Shown: positions 1 to 13,524 of the stretch, piece after piece | How the letters are laid out: the number at the start of each line of letters is the position of its first letter | Numbering within the stretch: position 1 is the stretch's first letter | Assembly: GCF_040938485.1 (NCBI RefSeq) | Contig: NW_027271504.1 | Location: 1,364,001 to 1,428,000, forward strand | Length of the DNA stretch: 64,000 nucleotides | From: Diadema antillarum | Taxonomy: Eukaryota | Direction of reading: 5' to 3' | Translations under genes and position numbers: made by a program | Notes under the pieces: generated by a model | Database searches by the model: none | The model's input: only the letters and a program-made list of their open reading frames with translations | What the model was told of the DNA's origin: nothing

Positions 1-126
1 TACAATCCATAGTATGATTAATATATCTAAATGCAAATATATGTGTGTGGTTGTGATGATGATGATTAATGGTAGGAATTAATTTTGTTTTTACCCTTTT
101 CCTGAATTCAATCCCTGCTCTCTCAG

Positions 127-241
127 ATTCTACAAGGGCACACTACCACGTCTCTCACGTGTCTGTCTCGACGTCGCCCTGGTGTTCGTCATCTACGATG
201 AGGTGGTGAAGATCCTCAACAAGGCATGGCCTACGGAGTAA
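127..241 (+). CDS. SLC25A1: Terminal coding exon of mitochondrial citrate/tricarboxylate carrier; upstream exons lie outside the window
   Basis: Acceptor ctctcag at 126/127. From 128 it reads [37 protein letters not shown], with TAA at 239-241. This closely matches the SLC25A1 C-terminus as I recall it ([34 protein letters not shown]). Confidence 0.95.
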
Positions 242-3200
242 GAAGACCTGCTCTGCCCTGAGTTTTATGTGATGTGGATGCGCGCCCACTTGCAGCAAGC
301 TTGGACCCCCCTCAAGGAGCAATGGATTGATCCAACAGACGCACAAGCTTGTCTATAAGCCAGCATGCACAGCCAAAAGAGTTTTGTATAGGATGTACTG
401 TTAGGGGCTGGTAACCATTAATTGTTGGTATTAAGCTCTTAATAATCAGCCACTTGGACAGGGGAAAAATTAACTGGGATGATAAAGAGTAAACACTGGC
501 AGGTCATAGGCATAAATTTTAGTTCATATTTGTTTCTTTTGTGAAAAATCATATACTTTATAGATAACTATGCTGTAAGAATTCAGTTTCTTAAGCAGTG
601 GCCCATGCTGTGTGGCTCAATTTGTGAAATTACAGGTGTATGTTTATTTGAGCAGGTCAAGTGAAATATTTCATAGGAAAAACTAATTTTGGTTTGTTTG
701 TACATATTTGTTACTAGTTTATTTGATTAATGTTTTATGTATCTACACATAGCTCTTAAAAGTTTAATATTTTGAGGTAAAGTGAATCATTTGAAGGGAG
801 CACTTTGTTTGAATTCAGTTGTATTCAACTCAACATAAATGCACAAAAGGGGCACTCTTGTATGTACTTTTGTTTAGTTAGATAGCTAGCCCTGTTTTGC
901 TCCCTCTCTCTCTCTGTATTTCTGTCACCTGATCATCTCAAGGCATGGAGGGATGATAATGATAGATTGTAATAAGTCTTGGTCACTGCCTTAAGTCTCA
1001 TGGATAACCCGATAGTTGTGCTCAACTGTAAGACGATAAGAATTAGAGATGTTGTCCTGCATTTTTATAGGTATTTTCTTAATGTTCTGCGTCGACGTGA
1101 ATGCATACATGAGTCCGACAGAAATAGACTATCCTTCAAACAGGCCTGTGTTATAGATGTAGCAGGCCTAACATACATTGATGATTGTTCTGCATGTGTA
1201 AAGTTCAAGTGCTATGATGGACACCAGAATGAACAACAAATTAATTTCTAGATATAGTATGGTAATCTTTGCTTGCAAAAGAACATGGAAGCTCTTGTGG
1301 AAAGCAGGTATCTGGGTAGAGCGCAAACTGACAACTCATGGCTGGAAACACCTGATGTTTGAATAAAGAATTTAATGCATTTTCTTAATTAACGAAGATC
1401 AAAATAGTGGTTATACCATATTTCTTTTCAAACCTGCCCCATGTGAGAAATTTAATTCCATGATTAAACATTGCAATATCAATTTACATTGTAGATGAAA
1501 TATTATTATTTTTACAGAAAGGGCTTGGGCTATTTTAACAGTGAAAGGGGAAAATGATAAATCAGTCAAATTCAAATATTTGGTGCTTATGCTCCAGCCA
1601 AAGTAGAACTGTTCCTCAATATAGCTTGTGATTGGATACCAAAGCCCTGCATGAATGAAAGGCCTGTTGCATATTGTAATGCCAGGTTTAATGTCTTGAT
1701 TTGTGTAGGTTCTACACAGTGCAAGGAAAGACACCGTCCTACTAGCCTTACTTAAGATTGGTGTTTATACATTGCATGGAGCGTGTATAGCTTTGCAAAT
1801 GAGGCAGTGAAATCATCCTTACAAAGCACCATATTTTTTTTCTCTAGTTGGGAACCCCCCTCAAAAAAATAATAGTAATGATGATAAATTATAAAATTTA
1901 ACAAAACAAAATTCAACACAAGAAAACAGAAGAACTGATGCTTCATTTTGCAAAATTATAACGCTATTTAGACATTGTCTCTCCTTGCCCATCAAGTTGA
2001 TATCAAGTGTTCCTGTGAATGCTAGTGCATCACGAAATGACAGTTTCAGCCTTGGTTACCTTGGAGCTTCTAAAATTCGTACTGGGCCTACGAAGAGATG
2101 CAATGATAAATGCAATAGTAATGATGGGGAAAAAAAAAAAGAAACAGTATGTAGTGTACAATGTGCATACAGTAAATGTCATTGTGACTGAATGATAGGT
2201 TATGTGCACATGTGACTAATAAATGTAAACAAAAGTGTGTGATCTGACAAGTAACCAGCTATCTAGCACTATCCACATCTCCAATTTCAGAATCGTAATG
2301 AAATAGTTGATCTTGTGTCACAGTCGGCATGACTGTTATGAATAATATTTGTATGCTTAATCACATGTTTAAAGACCTGATGGCGTGGGGAAGCATGGGT
2401 CATGTGACTGAATTGGTCTTCATTCGCTGCCCACCAGGGTACATTAAAAAACAATGAAGAGTGCCCATCAGCGAATATGTGCATTGAGGCATGCACTCAT
2501 TGTAAACGGTCGACTCTAGTTAAGGTTCTTTGGCTGTGTGCATGTACTGAATTCGGTGATAGAGCTGTACACAATTCATTACAGGGATTCTTGAATATAT
2601 CTGAGCTGGGCCAGCCTTACCACTCCATGGTATCCCCACACTATTCAGGTTTTTAACCCATTGAAGACCAGTCCCAAGTATACTTGGGCAGGTGTCTGTG
2701 GGAAATGCGTGTTGTAGCAATATCAGCCTGTATTCAACGGGTTAAGCGGTAGAGATTGATTGTCTCTTGCAAAGAATACTACGCAATTTGTCATATACAT
2801 GATGTCATGCCTATCATCGCACAACTCATTGGGGAGATGTATGATGCGTGAAATCCACAATCTCCCTCCCAGATACCGCTTTTCTGAGGCATATTACCAA
2901 GCACAAATGATGTGTTTGATTAACGCATCAAACCCCTGATAAATATTTACTCAGTCTTCACCTTGACTTGTGGAGAGTTTAGGTTCAAGTTTGTGTGTGA
3001 AGAAGTACTGTACTTGTGTCATATATTAGAAAATGAAGAAGAAATGATTGCATGTTTAATGCAGCGCCTTTTAAAAAGTGGAGCATAACTTTGATCTCTC
3101 CCAACTTTGAGCATTTTGGATAAATACATTCCAAAGTATTCAATTTACCTCATGAATGTATCGTGGGTCAAGGATTGACGTCTGTTATCATATATTAACT

Positions 3201-3562
3201 GCATTTCTTTTCTTGTCCTTAACTTCTTAATTTTGATTACACTTGATTTGTAATATTTCAGACATCGCATTACTCATTTTAAAGGACAAACACAGCATTT
3301 CAAGTCACATCCCTCACTTAAATATAATTTTCGTCTGTAGGGGAAGACATGCATTCATCAGCATATTTCATATCAGTGAGTGATGACTGGAAGAAGGCAA
3401 TATGTCCCTTTGTGCCAGATTTTGAACATCTACTTCCATATAACCAAAACAACTCTGCTCTAGACTACTAAGCTATAAAAGCAAAAGAATTGTTTCAAAA
3501 ACCCCATTACAGGTGACCCCATAAGTATGACATTATTTAGGATCTATCATCTTGGTGTATCA

Positions 3563-5333
3563 TTTTTAGCTCACCTGAGCCAAAGGCTCAAGTGAGCTAT
3601 TGCGATCGCCCTTCGTCCGGCGTCCGTCGTGCGTCGTGCGTCGTGCGTCGTCCGTCGTCCGTCGTCCGTCGTCCGTCGTCCGTCGTCCGTCGTGCGTCGT
3701 GCGTAAACTTTTTACATTTTCATCTTCTTCTTGAAAACCCCAAGACCGATTTTCATCAAACTTGGCAGGTAGCATCCCTAGGGGGTTAGGAACTCAAATT
3801 GTTAAAATGGGCACCATGCCCCACCCAGGGGGCCCCCAGGGGGGCCCAAACCCCCCAAAATTAAGGAATCTGTAAAAATCTTCTTCTCTAGGACCAGAAG
3901 TGATAGAGCTAAGTTAATACTATGAGTTAGTACATTGATGACTGTAGTTTCAAGTTTGTTCATGGCAGAATCAGGGGTGCCCCCCTTGGGACCCAGGGGA
4001 GGGGGGTGGGGAAGGGTTCTAATGGGGCCTAAATTGTACATTTTCATCTTCTTCTTGAGAACCCCAGGACCCATTTTCACCAAACTTGGCAGGTAGCATC
4101 CCTAGGGGGTTAGGATCTCAATTTGTTAAAATGGGCACCATGACCCACCCAGGGGGCCCCCAGGGGGCCCAAACCCCCCCAAAATTAAGGAATCCGCAAA
4201 AATCTTCTTCTCTAGAACCAGAAGTGATAGAGCTAGGTTAATACTATGAGTTAGTACATTGATGACTGTAGTTTCAAGTTTGTTCATGGCAGAATCACGG
4301 GTGCCCCCCTTGGGACCCAGGGGAGGGGGGGGGGGGGGTGAGGAGGGGTCCTAATGGGGCCTAAATTGTACATTTTTATCTTCTTCTTGAGAACCCCATG
4401 ACCCATTTTCACCAAACTTGGCAGGTAGCATCCCTAGGGGGTTAGGATCTCAATTTGTTAAAATGGGCACCATGACCCACCCAGGGGGCCCCCAGGGGGC
4501 CCAAACCCCCCCCCCAAAATTAAGGAATCCGCAAAAATCTTCTTCTCTAGAACCAGAAGTGATAGAGCTAGGTTAATACTATGAGTTAGTACATTGATGA
4601 CTGTAGTTTCAAGTTTGTTCATGGCAGAATCAGGGGTGCCCCCCTTGGGACCCAGGGGAGGGGGGGGGGGGGTGAGGAGGGGTCCTAATGGGGCCTAAAT
4701 TGTACATTTTTATCTTCTTCTTGAGAACCCCATGACCCATTTTCACCAAACTTGGCAGGTAGCATCCCTAGGGGGTTAGGATCTCAATTTGTTAAAATGG
4801 GCACCATGCCCCACCCAGGGGGCCCCCAGGGGGCCCAAACCCCAAAATGAAGGAATCTTTAAAAATCTTCTCTAGAATCAGAAGTCATAGAGCTGAGATA
4901 ATACTATGAGTGAGTACATTAATGACTGTAGTTTCAAGTTTGTTCATAGGAGGTCCAGGGGTGCCCCTCTTGGGGGTAGGGGGGGGGGGGGGGTTGGTTG
5001 GAAGGGTCCAAATGGGGGCCTGAATTGTACATTTTCATCTTCTTCCTAAAAACCTCATGATGGATTTTTGTCAAACTTGGCAGGTAGCATCCCTAGGGGT
5101 CAGGATCTCAATTTATCAAACTGGGCACCATGCCCCACCCAGAGGGCCCCAGGGGGCCCCAATCCCCCAAATTAAGGAATCTTTAAAAATTTGGGCCCTT
5201 ATTGTACATTTTCATCTTCCACTTGAGAATGCCTGGTCAAATTTTGGTAGAGCTGTGAATAATTTAGATTAGTGACTGCGTGAAAGGTGAACTTGCGATA
5301 CTCAGGTGAGCGCTAGACCCGCGGGTCTCTTGT
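3563..5333 (+). mobile_element. Non-autonomous Helentron-type element (HINE/DINE-1-like) carrying an internal tandem array
   Basis: T-run, then subterminal IR GCTCACCTGAG (3569-3579) inside a 5' stem-loop. (CGTC/CGTG)n microsatellite at ~3613-3703, followed by an internal array. Matching inverted CTCAGGTGAGC at 5301-5311, palindrome AGACCCGCGGGTCT at 5315-5328, then a T-rich flank. Confidence 0.8.
3715..5220 (+). repeat. Tandem array of ~325-335 bp units (about 4.5 copies) inside the HINE
   Basis: AAACTTGGCAGGTAGCATCCCTAGGGG recurs at about 3758, 4084, 4414, 4748 and 5073. The units differ mainly in G/C homopolymer length. Confidence 0.92.
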
Positions 5334-7836
5334 TTTAATGTTGTAACCATGGTGATTTGTTGGTGAGACTAGTGAATCACATACTTATATTTGTCTGAGG
5401 TTTCACTGAAAAAGAAAGAAGGGTTATGCAGGGATGAGTTAGTGTGATTTTTGGTTTGTTGTTGTTTTTTATAAGGGTATGAGCACATTGGTAAAGATGA
5501 TGAAAAGGTATATCTAGCTGGTTTTGTGGCAAGATGTTATAGCGATTCCTGGCAGTGAGGCATATTTTTTCTCAGGAGGGGTTGGGGGAAATAGTGGCTC
5601 AACAACAACAGAGATGATTCAAATTCAGCTGCTTTTCTCAAAATGATATAAATCTCTTTTTGTTAAAATGGCTCATTAGAAATAGAAAGAAAAATTAACT
5701 TGATTTAAACAAGTGGAAACAACAAGCAAAGTAAGGGGGAAGATTTTCTGTTAGTTTGTTGATTTTTTTTTCAGTATATTCGCTCGAACAGTGCGTATTG
5801 ATTGAAGCTAGTGATTTTATTTTCATAGGAAATAAGCCTGTATAGACAAACAAAAGGGGAATTAGAAATGAACTGAGTTAGAGATTGTTCAAATTTATGT
5901 ACATTGATTGGATGTAAGAGTTTGAAGAAGGAAAAGGTAGATGTACATGACAAAAGTCTTTATGATACTGGTAGTGCACTTTCCTCTACATCTGATCGCA
6001 GAGAACTGCTCATAGTGAGGTGTGTATAGGGAGTAAGGTTGGTACACATTTAGGTTAACTAACATGACACATCTGTGTAGTCACTTGGTATGTTACAGTA
6101 TTATCAATTAATTTATTTATCTGACACTCTTGTTTATTGTTTAAATTGATATGTATTTGTTCCTTATTCTCAACCCACTTCAGATTTGACTTTTTGTTTT
6201 ACCATGAACTTTTAATATAACAATACAAGAAGTTTATGCTAAAAACCAGCCAAATAGAATATTTTGGTGACAAATATACAATTATGATAACACATTGTTG
6301 GTCAATATCATGAATTTGAAATGTAATGGTTTACTTTTTCCTTTGTGTTTCCTTTGTGTTTCCTTCATGTTTGTCAACGTATGGATATGAGTTAAACGTT
6401 TTACAATGCACAAAATGTGTGGAAATAGATTCTGTGTGTTAAGTGAATATTTGACGGCTCAAAAGCAGAAAAAAATGAGAAGTAGATTCATTCTCACTTC
6501 ATGATATTTTTGAAAATGACAGTGTAGTATAAATATGTCTAAATGACAGCACATACCCTTCACAGTGCTACGATACCTGCTCTAATCTTTCTAAACAGAA
6601 CTTTGCAATGTCTTTAATGGTAACATGTCTGAATGATGTAATTTTGCAGCTCTAGACATTCTTGGCCCATGCATATCTTTACTCTGAATTGCTGTTTTTT
6701 TACCAAAAAAAAAAAAAGTAAGGTTGCTAGTGTTGTTGATATCATACCTCATCCCAATTGCTGCTCACTGTACCCTGGCATTTCTCCTACCCCACCATTA
6801 CCCTGTCCCTGTCCCCCTCCCCTCCCTCAAGAAAAAAAAAAATCTTACAAATTGGTATTGGTTTTGTGTCCCTGTGTCTTCCATCCTGCTGGGTATATTT
6901 AGTAAAGTATGATATATGAGTGAACTGTGCAGCATTATGTAATAAACAGGGAGGTGGTCCCACCTCCATAGTAATAACATGTGAATGTTGAATGGAATGT
7001 AGAGAATATTCATATTTGTTGTTTCATTATTACAAGGGTTGATTTGTAAATTTTAGATTTGTTCGCATTGTGAATTTAATCAGAAGACAACTGGATGTAA
7101 CATCTCTTGTCTAAATTTGCTCAGTGGAAATAATTATTTTATTGAATTTTTCGTGTTGACGCAATATAGGATATATTTTGTCTTCTTGTGAATTGCTATA
7201 GATAGCATCTATCTTTTTATTCCAGCCCTCTGGTCTAGTTGAGGAGTAGCTTTCGCAAAGTTCTATTATGTGCAGCGTCAAGATGTGTTTGACTATGGTG
7301 GTGTGAACTGGTCAACCTCGCTGATACTCTAGAAATGGACGCTTTGTAGAGACATGTGTGGAAAGATGGGCATCGTTCAGACTGTAGTTTGTTTATGCTG
7401 TTGATTGTTCAGACTGGCAGATGTAGCAGACAATGGCTGTTAACGTGCCCCTTAAGCTGTGACTTGTTGAGAAGGAAAAAGTGTACCCATACCTCTATCC
7501 GTTTCCCACTTGTCTCATGGGTGTTGAGATAAAGGACAAAGATTCTACAAATGTTTGTTTGTTTTCCGTGCATGAATCTCAGGCACACAACAACCGAGAG
7601 AATAAATGAAATCTTGTGATGAAAATCAACCCGTGGATATGATTTCATGTTTCCTAGATCTATACACATGTAGCAGTTGAAGTGAGAGTGCCAGAACTGA
7701 ATGTAGTAGAGAAATGTTAATGGTGGGTTCACTTCGGTAACTATTCAAGCCACTTTCAATTTTGTTAAATAGCCCAGCATCAACTTTGATGTTAACAAAA
7801 AAAGAAGAAGAAGATAACCCTTACCTTCATACAGTA

Positions 7837-8034
7837 TACTGTAAGAGCTGAATTTTCGCGTACAGATATTTTCGCGAATTGCTACTTGGAGGACATTTTC
7901 GCGTGTTGTTAATTTCGCGGTTGCGAGGGTCTAACTGAACTTAATTATTTGCGCTTTGTTATTTTCGCGGTTCAAAGGCGATTCGCGAAATTCGCGAAAA
8001 TAAAACCACCTCGAAAATTTCACCTCGTACAATA
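7837..8034. mobile_element. MITE with TACTGTA...TACA(A)TA ends and multiple internal TTTTCGCG/CGCGAAAA motifs
   Basis: The left end tactgtaagagctgaattttcgcg is mirrored imperfectly by the right end cgcgaaaataaaacc...cgaaaatttcacctcgtacaata. Confidence 0.65.
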
Positions 8035-9791
8035 CAGTGAAATAAAACGAAGGGGAGTCACCAAACATTAAATTTGAGAGACATATTTCCAATCTTTTTT
8101 TTTTCTTGACTAGCCAAGTTTATTCCACCCAGTTTAGACAAAGAATGTCCAGACACTAAATCAAGTTACCTCTACTGCAAATAAGTAACTGCTGTACAGA
8201 CAGTCAAATGAAGTGGGGAGACAAAAGAATTATTATATACATAATATGTGATAATGTACAATATTTAGGGTCTTGATTATCTGTTATCCACAGCTGTAGC
8301 TGCAATTGTAAAGGCAAGACGGAGACACAATTTTTAAAGGGGACCCCAACCCCCCCCCCCCCCCCACACACACACACATTTATATGTGAATTCAGTGAAT
8401 GTAGTGATCCTAGCAGAACACGTCAATGAAGTTCAAAGGAAATTGGACGATCCATTCAAAAGTTCGGAATTTTTCGAAGTTTTGGTCAAATCCTTGTACT
8501 GTCATGGCTGGATGAGAACACTACAGGAATTTGTGATGTCACAGCAAGGAAATGATGTAACAGGAGATAGGAAGAGAATTCCATCACAAAATTTCATTAA
8601 AAAACCCCAACAAAAACTACATATTCTGTCATCTGGTCACTGATTATCTTAAGGGTACTATAGTAATCATTATTCTCCCTGCCTTCCGAAGGGGGTAGTT
8701 GAATTGCTCTTTTGTAAAGCTAGAAAAATTCTCTGAATCCAGATGTGTGTATACTTGAAGTAAATTCCCCTTTAAAGTAATGCTCAATTAAAATTTCAGC
8801 AATTTCTTTTGTCATATTTTGTAGTAAGAATGTGAGCAATTGCTACTGATTGATTTGTACTCATCTGTTACAAAGGAAACTACGCTTATTCATTAATGTG
8901 CTTTAGTCGGAGGTGACGTTTCCTGCTTGGTCATAATCCGAAATAGATATGGTATTAAAAGTTGAAGATGTCACACCTTGGCACCGTAATAAATGCTGAT
9001 ACGCACGCACGAACATTAAACACACCATCTAAGAAACACACACAAAACACATTGGCAATGAAAATCTAACCAGAATAATGTTCCTTGTAGTGTATGTCCC
9101 CCCCCCAAAAAAAAAAAACACACACACACACAACAACAACAACAACAACAAAACAAAACAAAACAAAACAATTCATTTTTCGCACTGATAACACCCAATA
9201 TGACTAAACCGTCTAAATGCTATATACTTCAGAGTCTTAAAATATAACATCTTAGCTCTGTTTTGCAGAAAACCCCATTTAATTTGGTTAAGCGGTCACA
9301 GAGAAATGTGTATTGTTGTAAAGCATGTCATGAGTCTGATTCTTCCAAGTCTAGCACTTGGATGCCCTTGGAAATGCAAATTAATGTGTGAACACAATAG
9401 ACAGAACGTGGAGGGAAGAGATTTCTGACATGCTCTACCAAATTCTTCATTTCTTTTTTACCACTGAAGCAAATCGAATGGGGTTTTCTGCAAGGTGTGG
9501 GCGATGAGTTATAGTTTCATACCCTGAAATTGCATTTGGATTGATTAGCTTTTTTAATAGCTACCGTTGCGGAGGGCACCGTTGTATTTTTTTTTTTTTT
9601 TTTGGGGGGGGGGGGGGGCGGGGACATACGGTACTGTCGCAGCCATGGCACACGAAATTCACTCTATAGATACGTTATTTTCTTTAATCATGACAAAAGG
9701 CTATGTGTGATCTTAGACATGGCATATTGTATAAGGCATTTTGCCACAGCAATTTGAAAAAGGATTTTGGTTTCACATTTTTGCTTCTTTC

Positions 9792-9965
9792 NNNNNNNNN
9801 NNNNNNNNNNNNNNNNNNNNNNNNNNNNNNNNNNNNNNNNNNNNNNNNNNNNNNNNNNNNNNNNNNNNNNNNNNNNNNNNNNNNNNNNNNNNNNNNNNNN
9901 NNNNNNNNNNNNNNNNNNNNNNNNNNNNNNNNNNNNNNNNNNNNNNNNNNNNNNNNNNNNNNNNN
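9792..9965. other. Assembly gap (N run)
   Basis: Run of N. Confidence 1.
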
Positions 9966-12082
9966 CTGTCTATCATCAGGAGTTCGGAGAGGACATAATC
10001 ATTGAGGTCATTTTCGCCTTTCGTCTGGTTTGTTTCTTATATTCCGGTTAGCCACCGCAATGGAATTTGATCACTGATCTTTGGGGATCTGATGAGGATC
10101 TGAAGATCTGAGGAAATAATAGAGATCGATGACTTTGATTCAAGACCCTCAGACTGCTTCACCATGAACGTAGATGGGGCTATGTAAGTCCACAGTCCGT
10201 AATAGAAGGCTCTGCCACAATCTAGTAAGAGTACTTACACATCTACAAAGACACTCTATAGACCACAGTCGAAGTCAGGTGCCTTCTCGATACAATAGCT
10301 CTGCCACAGTCTAATAGGGTAGATAACATAAAAACAGCATCAAAGTTTCAGTGTGATGTCTTGTATGGTCAGGGTAACTGGAACAAGACATTTGACTCAT
10401 AATACTTATTAGTACAGTAGTTGTGAATTCTTGTGTGCATGTGATATTAGTATTCAATCATCGTTCATTTATCGGGCAATTTTTTTTTTCCAGAAACGTG
10501 TTCGATGAATATATTACAAGGTTTTTGAAGCAGATATTAGTTTTCGTCGCAATGTGACTATTGAGCGCCCAAATATACATGCTCAAATATCATGAATTCT
10601 TCTTCGTACCAGCAAAATGTGAAGTGAATCAGTTGGACATACAGACAAAATGGTTCTCACCTTCAAAGGCACAGGAGCAGCACAGTAGAGTTTTCAGAGG
10701 AGCAGCAGCTGTCGCAGTCATGTCGCGCAAAATATACCATTGTATTGTTACACTCATAGCGATGTAATTCCCTTTTCGCAAGGCAAAGTGCTATTCTAAG
10801 GGATTATGACACAACAATTTGAAGAAATGAAAAACGATTTCAATTTCACATTCTGTCTCGTTTCCTCCATCCCTCCCCCTTCTCTATCTCTCACTCGCTC
10901 TCTTATCATGTATTATATAAAGATATTGCCAGTCTATCATATCTACAGAGTTCAGAGGGGGCATAATCGTCAAGGTCATTTTCACCTCTCGTCTTTGTTT
11001 CTTATTTTCCGGTGAGCCACAAACCGCATCGGAATTTGGCGATCAAGTACATTGAGGGTCCTTCACCATGTAGAAAGCAGTTAGCAATAACCGCAAAAAT
11101 CCAATAACCGCCGGTACCACGGCTATAGCTTGGCAACGACCAGATAGCTTAGAGTATTTTTGTTTGATGTCACCATGGAAACCACATTCCTTTTTTATGT
11201 GAATTACGACTTATCTTTTTAGAGACCATGGCAAATGTCAAATTCATCAAATATAGCACTCCGAGACTCTCTCAAGTTACGAGGTGGCAATGGAATCGCG
11301 AGAATGTAGCTATAATATCAAAATTCAGAAGTGAAGATGAGGCAAATGCATGACAAGCACTGCAGCCGATGGGGCCAAAATATCAGCAGTGGCTGGGACA
11401 GTTGATAGCTCTCATATCATAAAACATTCTTGTGAACAATATTTATGAGCATATACGGTAAATACTTATAAACCAAAAAAAAAAAGTAGCAACAGACTTC
11501 AAGATACTATAGGCGCACGTCTCTAACAAAGACGCTTTAAACGACAAGGAAAGATTTGCTCGCGCAATTAAATTAGTAACTATTGATAGGGGTCAGCATC
11601 ATGTGTTTTCCTGGTTTCGTGTTTAAAAAAGTCACATCGACTTTCTAGTAGGTCTAGATAATCTGGGCTTATTAAAATTCATAGTCTCTTGTATATGATA
11701 TGCCCTCCCAATTTTAAACAAAGTATAATGAGGTATAGTGTTAAAAGAGCATATTTTGCAAATTTTGAGCTGGAACTGTCGATCAGTGTACAGGGAAGAT
11801 TATGTGTGGTATATAGTGCTTCATGGGTTCGTGTTCATTTTCCCTTTTAATGTCTTGGGAGTTTCAAGTACATGTAGTTGTAAGACAGAGGGGTTCCCTA
11901 GTCAGGAGTAGATATAGATATTAGATAGAAATTAAAATGACGATCTTTGGACAAGATTTAGTGTTGCAATGTTATACCACGATGATCCAATTTCTTTTCC
12001 AAGTCTCCCTGGTGTTCTCAAAGGTAAGGCCTGAAAACGTCAGTACAATCAGATAATTGGTTCACCACATAAAATAAAAAAT

Positions 12083-12331
12083 AAGGGCTCGCGACATTAG
12101 CAGTGGCCCGGCGACTCGTGGCCACTAAAGAATTGATGTCTGGACGCCAAATTTTTCAAAAGATTATAACTTTTGGTGACCCGCTCGGGTAACTAAGATT
12201 CAAAATGAATTGCTAGGTTTTCCATTTATTTCGTGCCGATCAATTTCCTTTTCGTGCCACCAAAATTTGGGATTTTAATATTTCAGGGTCTCGAATGGGC
12301 AACCAGAGTAAAAAGTTTGTGTCGAGCCCAG
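12083..12331. mobile_element. Possible degenerate MITE with AGGGCTCG(C)GACA / TGTCGAGCCCAG ends
   Basis: Imperfect terminal inverted repeats; no clear TSD. Confidence 0.4.
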
Positions 12332-13309
12332 ACGTTATTATATAATTATGAGGGATTGCAGAAATGCTCCTTATACAAGACTTCGATTGTCACACTTTAT
12401 ATAGTTTTCAAACATTCATTGATTTGTTTGTTTGTTTGTTTGTTTGTTTGTTTTTTGCTTGCTTGATTGTTTGCTCGTTTTTCAGAGAAGGGAACTTGAA
12501 TAAAGATGTTATTCCAAGCAAGGAGAAATCGCCCATAAAGGATTGTTTATAGTAATGTTGAGGCACCCGTCTTCCAAATTATGCCGAATATGGAAAGAGA
12601 AAGTAAATGTGCCTGTTTTGTTAACTTGACTTTGTGAGACTGTTGCCGGTCCAAACAGTCCGTAAACAATTTTCTACAAGAACACTTTAAGTCCGAGTAA
12701 AGTCCCGTTATAGGGAGAGTGTCACACTGTACCATTCGCCGGTCACTTGGTTCCTGATGTCTGCACTGCTGTACATCAGCGATAAGATCGATATCTTCCG
12801 CCGGACAACGACCATTCTGATCGATATCAACACTAGATGAGATGAAAACGATGGGAGTGGTCTATTGTTCGTATCCAAGGAAACAACAAAGCACCCTTTG
12901 CCCGGGGTCAATATGCATATTAGTTTGAGAGTCGCGTTCCCGCGGTGTCCAAGAAATAAACTTTTGTTGATTGTTATAGGCCCACAAACACTTTTGTTGC
13001 ATGGGGTAGCAACGAAAAGGTACTGGAACTTTTCGATTGGATGGGATAGAAAAATGTGCATATGTGTGTGAAAAAAGGGCATGAATCCTTCGAAATTCTA
13101 ACTTGCAATTGAGTGTTTATTGTATAGAATATTGTAAATTGATAATTTCTCCTTTTCCTACATTTCCCATCTATCACTGGTAATAATCCCACCTATATGG
13201 ACTGCGAGCCGAAACATGTTCACATTCAACTGTTCTGTTTGAGATAATTATCACTGAATTGTCAGTCATTGAGTTTGTATGCCTACGTGTGATATGATAT
13301 GCATTCTTA

Positions 13310-13524
13310 NNNNNNNNNNNNNNNNNNNNNNNNNNNNNNNNNNNNNNNNNNNNNNNNNNNNNNNNNNNNNNNNNNNNNNNNNNNNNNNNNNNNNNNNNNN
13401 NNNNNNNNNNNNNNNNNNNNNNNNNNNNNNNNNNNNNNNNNNNNNNNNNNNNNNNNNNNNNNNNNNNNNNNNNNNNNNNNNNNNNNNNNNNNNNNNNNNN
13501 NNNNNNNNNNNNNNNNNNNNNNNN
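13310..13524. other. Assembly gap (N run)
   Basis: Run of N. Confidence 1.

Noticed and set aside
155-346. Minus-strand 63-aa ORF
   Set aside because: Antisense shadow of the SLC25A1 terminal exon
3566-3789. ORFs with RRTTDDG / VVRRPSS repeats
   Set aside because: Translation of the CGTC microsatellite in the HINE
3715-5220. Regularly spaced repeats as a possible CRISPR array
   Set aside because: Whole units repeat with no unique spacers, there are no cas genes, and the context is eukaryotic
9703-10051. ORFs spanning N gaps (also near 13.3, 25.1 and 48.6 kb)
   Set aside because: Artefacts of translating N runs
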